Both the position numbers and the translations under genes were made by a program. Below are positions 16,220 to 23,983 of a stretch of DNA of 25,576 bases, piece by piece. The stretch's first letter is position 1; each line of letters opens with the position of its first letter. The notes under the pieces are model-generated. The model searched no databases and was not told where the DNA came from. It was given only the letters and a program-made list of their open reading frames with translations. Origin of the DNA: Bdellovibrionales bacterium (GTDB lineage Bacteria > Bdellovibrionota > Bdellovibrionia > Bdellovibrionales > JAMPXM01); assembly GCA_034366485.1 (NCBI GenBank), contig JAXMMN010000434.1, positions 1-25,576 of the forward strand, in the 5' to 3' direction.

Positions 16220-17062
16220 ATGAAAAGCGAATCAATCACATTTCTCTGTCTTGCGATGATCGTTTCAACTCTCTCAACCTCTCCGGCCCAGGCAGGCGCT
16301 GACGTAAAGCCCATCAAAACCCTCAGCGGGCTCCGACTCGGTCTCATTGACGGTGAAATCGGCCTCAACTGTACGATGAACACGCCACAGCTTTGCCAAT
16401 CACGAAAAGGCATCAGCATCTCTGAAAACACTCCATCCTATATGAAGCAAACCATCGAACAGATGGTTCCGGGACAACTGCGGTGGGCAAAAAACCAAGC
16501 GGAAGTAAAAGCCATTCACGAAGAAAACCAGCGCTTAAAAGGATCTGGCGAAGAGCTAAAAATCGCCAAAAACATTGAACGCCTGGTCGAGCTTCAATCA
16601 GAGGTTCATTCCGACTATCAACCACTTCAATTCACGCCCTTTCTTTGGGACCCGAAGCCAATGAAATTCGGAGTTTCACGATATGGCGATGGCGCCGAAT
16701 ATGATGACATGGGGCGCTTTCCCCACGGCACGATAAAAATGGATCACGTCTTAAACTCCGCACTTACACACGCGGACAACCGCGGTCTGGGCATCGGCGA
16801 TGCGAACTACTTGATCAGTCGCGAATTGTCTTTCTCCTACAATCCAAACATGGAGATGTCGTTCGTCCTTCGAATTACTTCTTCAATTCGATATCCAAAT
16901 GATAAACTCAAAGTTTATTCGACCGAAGACGTCGTCGCTCGCTGCGAGGAACGCCAGATTTACAACACAGTCTTCAAAGTTAAGACAAGCCTTTCGGAAC
17001 GTCACCTCGTCTGCACACTTCCAGAAAACCTCGGAAGCCTGCGATTCAAAGTCGTTGAGTAA
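16220..17062 (+). CDS. Hypothetical secreted protein with a coiled coil and four Cys
   Basis: GGAG 7 nt before ATG 16220; signal peptide ending SPAQA; heptad region KNQAEVKAIHEENQRL...IERLVELQ. Confidence 0.75.
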   Translation: MKSESITFLCLAMIVSTLSTSPAQAGADVKPIKTLSGLRLGLIDGEIGLNCTMNTPQLCQSRKGISISENTPSYMKQTIEQMVPGQLRWAKNQAEVKAIHEENQRLKGSGEELKIAKNIERLVELQSEVHSDYQPLQFTPFLWDPKPMKFGVSRYGDGAEYDDMGRFPHGTIKMDHVLNSALTHADNRGLGIGDANYLISRELSFSYNPNMEMSFVLRITSSIRYPNDKLKVYSTEDVVARCEERQIYNTVFKVKTSLSERHLVCTLPENLGSLRFKVVE

Positions 17063-17124
17063 GAAAAAAGGTACCGGCTACATTTTGGGCGCGTATGTTC
17101 GCTACCAAAATGTAAGCGGTACCT
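17061..17124 (-). terminator. Long intrinsic terminator hairpin between convergent genes
   Basis: 20-nt arms AGGTACCGGCTACATTTTGG (17069-17088) and CCAAAATGTAAGCGGTACCT (17105-17124) with 2 mismatches; on the minus strand it starts right after the DUF429 TAG and is followed by a T-tract. Confidence 0.8.
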
Positions 17125-18120
17125 CTAGGTCCACTGGATATCGTTTTTTGGAAATGTGATCCAAATCTCTTCTGACGGAAACCCTTGAGGGCGAGCGACC
17201 GTTTGTCCTCGATGCTCGAGGTACGCCGTGATCGCAGAAATGAAAGCATCGAATGCTTGTGGACTTTCGATCAGGGTCTTCAGGTCTTGCTGGTAAACAA
17301 ACGCGATTTCCTTCTCCATCAATGTTTTAATCACGTAGTGTCTTGCCTCATCGCTATCAACGGCATGCCGATGAAACCGCAAATAACTTTTTGGCACTTT
17401 CAAATCGCGGCCAATCTGCCACAACGAAAGCTTCGGAAATACTTCGATGAGTCGCGGGACCGATCGTCCACCCGCACGGCTACCGGCCGAACGCTTTGTG
17501 GAATTCATCGATGGCACGTCCACTTTTTTTAACCCCGTCAATCGCCGCGCGAGATAGTGCGCTCTTGCCGCCAACGGTGCCGCGTTCGCACCCAAAGCGT
17601 GTGGCGGATGAAAGGCCTCTTCCAGCGAGCGACTTAAGTGATTGGCGATATATACTTCCGCACAGCGTTCGGTGTAAGGCGTAAAAACTTTGTTCGGACG
17701 CTTACTAGCGGCTCGAGCTTCGTGCTCGCTCCAAAGCCATCGCATCTCTGGAAGCCGACACGATTCAAAACCAGGGCACTGAAGTTCACAACGAACACAC
17801 TTAGGAAGTTGAAGTGGAGCATCGAAGGCAATTGCTTCCAAACCAGGCTCTTCAATCGTCAAAAGATCAATCAAGGCCTGATCGCCAGAATCACCGTCTT
17901 GACCGCGTACTTTGTCGCGAATCGCTCTTAAAAAGACTCGTCGACTTTCTGGGTAGTATTCGATCACAGCCACCGCTGTGCGGTCTGTCTTTCCACCACC
18001 AAGCGCTATGCCAGCAAAACGGTGAACAGTGAGTCCCCGTCCCTCGCTGGCTTTTTTGGCAGTCGATCGCTTTGCTGTCGACTTAGAGGTTGTTGATTTA
18101 GTGGAAGCTTTCAACGTCAT
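17125..18120 (-). CDS. DUF429-family protein (predicted RNase H-like fold) with a Cys4 insertion
   Basis: FAGIALGGGKTDRTAVAVI, AFDAPLQLP, PYTERCAE, IEVFPK, FDAFISAITA; C108-x2-C-x3-C-x5-C121. Confidence 0.72.
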   Translation of the reverse strand: MTLKASTKSTTSKSTAKRSTAKKASEGRGLTVHRFAGIALGGGKTDRTAVAVIEYYPESRRVFLRAIRDKVRGQDGDSGDQALIDLLTIEEPGLEAIAFDAPLQLPKCVRCELQCPGFESCRLPEMRWLWSEHEARAASKRPNKVFTPYTERCAEVYIANHLSRSLEEAFHPPHALGANAAPLAARAHYLARRLTGLKKVDVPSMNSTKRSAGSRAGGRSVPRLIEVFPKLSLWQIGRDLKVPKSYLRFHRHAVDSDEARHYVIKTLMEKEIAFVYQQDLKTLIESPQAFDAFISAITAYLEHRGQTVARPQGFPSEEIWITFPKNDIQWT

Positions 18121-18124
18121 CCGA

Positions 18125-19120
18125 TTACGGTTCCCACGGCTTTGCCGGTAGAACCTTAAAGCCCGCAGCTTCGACAGCGGAACTTAAAGCATTTGCTTTT
18201 CGATCATGCGACCACAAAAGCACACAGCCACCGCCGCCAGCGCCACAGATTTTTGTCTGCGCACCATGGGCTTTCGCGATGTCGTGAAGGCGTCGGATTT
18301 CGGGGCTCGAGAATCCTTCAGAAAGCCTTGTTCGTGCCTCGTATTCCCTTTCGAAAATCTCAGGCAACCGCTGATACTCTTTCTTTTGAAGGGCATCGCC
18401 CATCGATTTCGAAATCACGGCCAAATCTTGCAGGGCCGTTCGAGTGCGAGTGTCACCATCGAGCCAATCTTTAATGACTTGCCAATTATTGATTCCGCTA
18501 TGATGCGATCTGCCCGTGTAAACCAAAACAAAACGATCTTTAAAAACTTCGTCTTCAATTTTCGATCGGACACAGCTTGGCCCTTCGGCGCCATAGGTAA
18601 TGAAGCAGAGGCCACCTTCCAGCGGCGGGAAATAGTCTTGGGTGCCCGTGGGTTTAAGTAAAATTCTTGCTTCCAAGTGCGAAGCCAAGCGAACCACATC
18701 GGCCTCTGCCAAATTTTTTCCTAGCCATTTTTGAAACACTTTAAGGAGCGAAATACAAAGCGACGAGCTTCCGCCTAGGCCGCCACCAACAGGGGAATCC
18801 GAAGCCGTGGAAAGCGAAAACCCGCGAGTCCCGATCGAAGACTTCCAATACTCCAAATGGGCTCGAACCAAATCAAACGCTGGTTCCGAATCTTTTAGCG
18901 CTTCCGAAAGACTTGCGTAGGTTTTTTCTTTTCCTAGGTCTATTGTGATCAAAACCACTTTCGAATCTTCTCGAGGCGAAAGACTTGCGGTGGTGAAAAT
19001 GTCGATCGCCACATTCACTGTCAGCGGATCACCCAAAAATAAATAGAGCGGCCAACAGTCAAGTGTGCCGCCTGCGAGATCCACGCGAGTGGGAGATTGA
19101 AACGTGATGGTACTATTCAA
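18125..19120 (-). CDS. GHMP-family sugar kinase (HddA / galactokinase-like)
   Basis: SPTRVDLAGGTLD, PVGGGLGGSSS, GTQDY, KICGAGGGGC; TTG start overlaps the upstream TGA; RBS AAGGGG. Confidence 0.9.
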   Translation of the reverse strand: MNSTITFQSPTRVDLAGGTLDCWPLYLFLGDPLTVNVAIDIFTTASLSPREDSKVVLITIDLGKEKTYASLSEALKDSEPAFDLVRAHLEYWKSSIGTRGFSLSTASDSPVGGGLGGSSSLCISLLKVFQKWLGKNLAEADVVRLASHLEARILLKPTGTQDYFPPLEGGLCFITYGAEGPSCVRSKIEDEVFKDRFVLVYTGRSHHSGINNWQVIKDWLDGDTRTRTALQDLAVISKSMGDALQKKEYQRLPEIFEREYEARTRLSEGFSSPEIRRLHDIAKAHGAQTKICGAGGGGCVLLWSHDRKANALSSAVEAAGFKVLPAKPWEP

Positions 19121-20613
19121 GGGGTCCCCTTAGTTGCGGCCGCGCTAGGATTTGCGGGCTCGAGTAGCTCGAGTGGAATTGCATCAACCAACGATTTTTC
19201 GACTTCAAAAACTGCACCTGGCGTCTTCGAACTTGCTACTAGGAAATTCCCACCAGCAGTGATCCCAGGAGCACCTTCTGCAACCAGAAGTTCAAGCACG
19301 GTCTTACCGTCTGCCGTTTTAAATTTCGCTCGAAAGCCTTGCTCGTCTTTTTTTGATCCAAGCTTCGGCGCAGGCTTATTCATCGCCACCACTTTCACCG
19401 CTGAAAGCTCTGCACTGGCTTTTAGAAACCCGTCGACTGAATCGGTCTTTATCTTTCGCGCTAGGAATTCTTTAGCCGCGTCGTCAGCGATTTTCCATGT
19501 CTTCCCATCGCGAACAAACGCCGGCAAGCTGTCGCGAGTCTTTGGCCGTTCGATCTCGATTCTCGCGATATCGGCGATTTTGGCGTCATTCGCCATCTGA
19601 AATGGAAACTTTAAATCGCGAACATCGTCCAAGGACTTCAGCAAAGATTCGATCACATTTTTATTTAAAGAAAACACCAGCGGTCTCGCAGAACCCGTGG
19701 CCGCAGCCACCGCTTCTTCTTTGCCAAGTGGAGCAACTGCCGCCGTATAGACTTCGCCTTTGTCAGACTTCAGCGTTGCCTCAAAGGCTGGTTGATTCAG
19801 GCGGCGGCCGCGAATCACAATCGGATCGGTTTTATCTTCGGCCCAAATGTCGTAAGCCCGAAGACCCGACACAGTTTCAACCCAGGTTTGCACTTTCTTC
19901 GAATCCACTGGCCACACGCCAGCTGCCGCAGAGGACGCCGCCGATCCAGCGATCATCCAGTTGCCATCTTTTTTTTCGAAAGAAAGCTTTCGTCCATTCA
20001 CCTTAAATTCGGCTGTCGAAAACTCCGGGTGTTTACTTAAAGGAAAAAAACGCTTGTCGCGAAAATCCCGCGATTCTTTCATCAAGATCGCTTCCACCGC
20101 AGACTCAAAAAGGACCACACGATTTTCATCGCCGATTCGACCATAGACCGAACCATCGAACGCTGGGGTCGCGCCGATGACAATTTTTCGAGTCGTTTCT
20201 TTTCCATCTTCCGTCACGACGAACTGAGCTTCCAGCTGCGGCTTATCAAGCCCAAACGTTGCCCATGCGATGTCGGGAGCTTCGACCACGATCTCTTTGA
20301 TTTTCTGTGTCGCTAAGCTCGATAAAAAACTATCGACGGCCATCGGGTCCGCAAGATCCGTCAACGGCTTTTCTAACTTCCACTGTTCGCCGTCTTTACG
20401 AACGAACGTTTCATTGAAAGGGGCTTCTTTATCGAAGTCCTTCAAAAAAAATGAGGTCACTTTGGAATTAGAAAAAGGAAGAACCGCGGAAGACTTTTCT
20501 TTTTCCGCCGTTTCTTTTTCTAGGCCCTTGTACTCGGAAAAATAAGTCCACGTCGCAAAAGCCATCACCAAAGCAATGAAAATACCGGTTGTTGGAAAAG
20601 CTCTCTTCTTCAT
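19117..20613 (-). CDS. DUF4340-domain membrane-anchored periplasmic protein (probably two repeats)
   Basis: N-terminal TM; WKLEKP...ADPMAVDSFLSSL...FGLDKP...IVIGATPAFDGSVYGR, RDFRDKR; second unit W...VDSKKVQTWVETV. Confidence 0.82.
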   Translation of the reverse strand: MKKRAFPTTGIFIALVMAFATWTYFSEYKGLEKETAEKEKSSAVLPFSNSKVTSFFLKDFDKEAPFNETFVRKDGEQWKLEKPLTDLADPMAVDSFLSSLATQKIKEIVVEAPDIAWATFGLDKPQLEAQFVVTEDGKETTRKIVIGATPAFDGSVYGRIGDENRVVLFESAVEAILMKESRDFRDKRFFPLSKHPEFSTAEFKVNGRKLSFEKKDGNWMIAGSAASSAAAGVWPVDSKKVQTWVETVSGLRAYDIWAEDKTDPIVIRGRRLNQPAFEATLKSDKGEVYTAAVAPLGKEEAVAAATGSARPLVFSLNKNVIESLLKSLDDVRDLKFPFQMANDAKIADIARIEIERPKTRDSLPAFVRDGKTWKIADDAAKEFLARKIKTDSVDGFLKASAELSAVKVVAMNKPAPKLGSKKDEQGFRAKFKTADGKTVLELLVAEGAPGITAGGNFLVASSKTPGAVFEVEKSLVDAIPLELLEPANPSAAATKGTP

Positions 20614-22145
20614 GCCGCCTTACGTCTCCACCAAAGAAGTCCACTTGTGAAAAACATCAAAATTGGCACTGGCAAAAGGAAACCAAACAACACTGTCATC
20701 AGCTGCGTCTGCGTCATCATCAGCTGCGTGCCTTTTGGCGCCTTGGGCCGAATGGAAACGAGATCCATATCCTTTGCCAAACTTGAAACAGCATTCATTG
20801 CGAAATCGCGGTTCAAGTTATTTCGGTACAGATTGTCTCTTAAAAAGTCGCCGTCCCCCGCAATGATCACCTGAAATTCTTTATCGGTCTCCTCAAGCTT
20901 TCCCGTCGCCATCATCGCAAGCGTGTGCGGCCCCTTCATTCGAACTTTAGGTGAATTCGTCAGTTGATCGGTCGCAACGGGTGTTTCGTCCGACTTCACC
21001 AGGTCTTCAAGAGTGATCGACTTCGGTGCATCTGGCGCACGTTTCAATGCCGAGGCAATTAAAAACAATGTGAATCCGTTTCGAAGCGGGCGCGTGGCCT
21101 CTGCTGTCGTTGAAAAGTCATTCCCGATCGCAGCAATGTTTCCTGCTCCCGGAATCATCGCTCGTGGATCCAAGACATAGTTATTTTGAAACTCGATGCC
21201 GAAGGTCTTTGTAAACCCGGCAAGGCCGTGACCAGAATCTGGATCAATGGCCGCAAAAATACGACCGCCGCGTTTCGCATAGGCGCGCAGCGCTTCGATC
21301 TCGGCTGGGAGATACGATTGCCGAGGCCCCGCGATGACTACAAGATCCGCATCCTCGGGAATTGTTGGATCCTTAAATAGTTCCAGCGCTTTCACATCAT
21401 AAGAAAGCTCGAGGTCCGATTTAAACTGAGAAATCGATTCAGGTCCCTTTAAGCTCAAGTCGTGTTCGCCGTGACCAGCAACAAAGTAAACGACTTTCTT
21501 TTTATCGCGCGCAAAACGTAGAAGTGTGCGCGTGATTTCTTCCTCTGTGGGTTCTTCGACTTTCATGTGTCGATCACCGGTTCCAGCCGCATTTTTCTGA
21601 ACCAAGAAAATCGCGTAGGGCCCCGACGTGTACTCATAGGCTTTGGCGAGATCTGGTCTTTGAAGCGCATTGTACATTTTGAGTTTCAATTTAGAAGAAG
21701 CCGCCGTGTAGAGCGCCGCCACGTCTTGAACTTGCCGACGAATTTGTTCTTCGTTTTCACCCGTTCGATAAAGCAAGACGAGTTCCGTATCCGCCTTCAA
21801 ATTCTCGACGGCTTTCACCGATTGCTCCGAAAGAGAATTGAGTCCCTCGCTGGTCCAATCCCATTTTTTCTCTTTTGAAACCGCCAAATAGTTTACTGCT
21901 ACCAGCAGAACCAGCATCGTCAAAATCAAGGCACCCATGTTCATGCCGTGCTTGGTTGTCTTCAACGTGAAGAATTCAAACATCAGACGCCAATCGCGAA
22001 TCACCGCGAAAGTGAATAGCGCAATGGAAAGACCCAACGGTGCCCACATGCCTCCGACCCAACCATTTAAGATGATTCGGGTGACAACAACCGACACCGC
22101 AAAAAGACCAGAAAGGAGAAGACTGATTTTACTAATTTTGCTCAT
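20610..22145 (-). CDS. GldG-like ABC transporter auxiliary/substrate-binding component
   Basis: Three N-terminal TMs; WDWTSEGLNSLS, VYFVAGHGE, LVVIAGPRQ, YAKRGGR, VIIAGDGDF, NRDFAMNAV; C-terminal TM followed by WWRRK. Confidence 0.88.
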   Translation of the reverse strand: MSKISKISLLLSGLFAVSVVVTRIILNGWVGGMWAPLGLSIALFTFAVIRDWRLMFEFFTLKTTKHGMNMGALILTMLVLLVAVNYLAVSKEKKWDWTSEGLNSLSEQSVKAVENLKADTELVLLYRTGENEEQIRRQVQDVAALYTAASSKLKLKMYNALQRPDLAKAYEYTSGPYAIFLVQKNAAGTGDRHMKVEEPTEEEITRTLLRFARDKKKVVYFVAGHGEHDLSLKGPESISQFKSDLELSYDVKALELFKDPTIPEDADLVVIAGPRQSYLPAEIEALRAYAKRGGRIFAAIDPDSGHGLAGFTKTFGIEFQNNYVLDPRAMIPGAGNIAAIGNDFSTTAEATRPLRNGFTLFLIASALKRAPDAPKSITLEDLVKSDETPVATDQLTNSPKVRMKGPHTLAMMATGKLEETDKEFQVIIAGDGDFLRDNLYRNNLNRDFAMNAVSSLAKDMDLVSIRPKAPKGTQLMMTQTQLMTVLFGFLLPVPILMFFTSGLLWWRRKAA

Positions 22146-22148
22146 TGC

Positions 22149-22916
22149 TTATCTCCACCGATTTGATTCGACGACGCGTTGGGTGAGAAAGGCCATCAGG
22201 ACAATGACCGATACAAAGAAGGTCACACTCGCCACACTGATTCCACCTTTGATGAACCCAATGAAATGCGCCCCGACATTTAAATGTTCGAAAATTTTTG
22301 TCAGCGCTGGTTCTTGGGAAGCGTCCGAAAGGGCGCCAATGAACCAAAGCATGACATTGAAGATCAGCGACATCACAACCGACATCACCGCATTGTCCGT
22401 GAGGCACGACGCAAACATCCCGACCGCCACATAACAGCCTGTGATCAGCATCAATCCAATGTAGCTTGCGATCAATGGGCCCCAATCAAACTCGGCAAAG
22501 AGTCTGAGACTGAGAGGATACAAAAACGAAACACCTACCAAGGCCCATGCACCGACGAGGCCCGCTAAAAACTTTCCCAAAGTGATTTGCGTGGCCGTCA
22601 CCGGTGACGTCAAAAGCAGAGCCATTGTCTGCGCTCGACGCTCTTCCGTGAAAAGCCGAATGCTCATGGCACTGACAGCAAAAATCATCACCAGGTTTAC
22701 GAGCGAAATGTGTCGAGCGAAAACCACAAAGTGAAGACTTGCGCCTTCCGCCCCGCCCTGCATGGAACTCATCATCGAGGCTTGCGCAAAATCTTGCAAT
22801 CCCATGAAGTAAACAAGCGTCCAGGCGATCGAGCAAAGGCCTGCTATTCCGTAAAACAGCGGACTCAAAAACAAGTTTCTTAAGTCTTTCCCTGCGATGA
22901 CTAAGATTCCTCTCAC
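22149..22916 (-). CDS. GldF-like ABC transporter permease
   Basis: KDLRNLFLSPLFY, RLFTEERR, LLLTSPV, LGKF; about six TMs; ATGA overlap with the ATPase. Confidence 0.9.
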   Translation of the reverse strand: MRGILVIAGKDLRNLFLSPLFYGIAGLCSIAWTLVYFMGLQDFAQASMMSSMQGGAEGASLHFVVFARHISLVNLVMIFAVSAMSIRLFTEERRAQTMALLLTSPVTATQITLGKFLAGLVGAWALVGVSFLYPLSLRLFAEFDWGPLIASYIGLMLITGCYVAVGMFASCLTDNAVMSVVMSLIFNVMLWFIGALSDASQEPALTKIFEHLNVGAHFIGFIKGGISVASVTFFVSVIVLMAFLTQRVVESNRWR

Positions 22917-23896
22917 GCCACACCTCCAGCTGCCATATTCTCTGACTTTTGATTTTCTTCGCTCGTCGTCAACTTCAGGAAGATATCTTCAAGATCGGCT
23001 GATTCTTTTCTCAATTCTAAAAGACCTGATTTCGACATCACGGCCGCTTCTGCGACTTTTTCAATCGCCGCGTCGCCTGTACCCAAGACGTTAACCGTGT
23101 AACCAGAATCTGTTTTCAAAACTGCCGAGACGCCGGCAACAGATCGTAAGGCAGCTTCCACATCGGCACCTGGTCTTGCGACCCGAACTTTGAGTTCCAA
23201 GGTACCGGCCATGCGAGACGCCAAGCCTTCCAAAGAATCCTGCGCCACAATGCGGCCGCGATTAACAATAATGATCCGTTCACACATCGCCTGCACTTCC
23301 GGCAAAATGTGCGTCGACAAAATAATTGTGTGCTCGCCTTTTAATTCTTGAATCAACGATCGAACTTCCGCGACTTGGCGAGGATCCAAACCAGAGGTGG
23401 GTTCGTCGAGAATCAAAATTTCCGGATCGCTGACCAAGGCCTGAGCGATCCCGACTCGTTGACGATATCCTTTGGAAAGATTTTGAATCAATCGGCGACG
23501 GACCGAACCTAAGTCGGTTTTCTCGATCGCCTTTTCGACTTGCGACTTAACTTTGCTTTTTTCAACGCCCTTCAATCGCGCCACAAAAGTCAGGTACGAT
23601 TCGATATTCATGTCGCCATAAACGGGTGGATTTTCTGGCAAGTATCCAATTCTTTTTTTAACTTCGATCGGATCTTCGAAGACATCAAAGCCCGCGACTT
23701 TTGCCGAGCCCGAAGTCGGAGCCATGGATCCGGTGATGATTTTCATCGTCGTCGATTTGCCGGCGCCATTTGGTCCAAGAAATCCGACCACTTCGCCTTT
23801 TTTTACAGTGAAGGTGATGCCCTGAAGAGCCTGGATCGGTCCATAACTTTTGGACAGATCTGTGACTTCGATCATATTGAGATTAGGTGTCGACAT
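22913..23896 (-). CDS. GldA-like ABC transporter ATP-binding protein
   Basis: Walker A GPNGAGKST, signature LSKGYRQ, Walker B ILILDEP, H-loop ILSTH; RBS GAGGG. Confidence 0.95.
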   Translation of the reverse strand: MSTPNLNMIEVTDLSKSYGPIQALQGITFTVKKGEVVGFLGPNGAGKSTTMKIITGSMAPTSGSAKVAGFDVFEDPIEVKKRIGYLPENPPVYGDMNIESYLTFVARLKGVEKSKVKSQVEKAIEKTDLGSVRRRLIQNLSKGYRQRVGIAQALVSDPEILILDEPTSGLDPRQVAEVRSLIQELKGEHTIILSTHILPEVQAMCERIIIVNRGRIVAQDSLEGLASRMAGTLELKVRVARPGADVEAALRSVAGVSAVLKTDSGYTVNVLGTGDAAIEKVAEAAVMSKSGLLELRKESADLEDIFLKLTTSEENQKSENMAAGGVA

Positions 23897-23943
23897 AGCT
23901 GTTGAACCCTCTAGTTGGTAGAAGCGATTTTCCGAATACCTCG

Positions 23944-23971
23944 ATCATGCGTCGCCCAGAAATCCTGTCAA
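23944..23971 (-). promoter_or_regulatory. Candidate sigma70 promoter of the ABC/kinase/DUF429 operon
   Basis: Minus strand TTGACA-N16-CATGAT. Confidence 0.5.
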
Positions 23972-23983
23972 GGTGTAGTGTCC

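Noticed and set aside
19968-20451. Homopolymer runs of 8 T or A in the DUF4340 gene
   Set aside because: The reading frame is intact and runs of 8 are too short to argue for phase variation or programmed frameshifting
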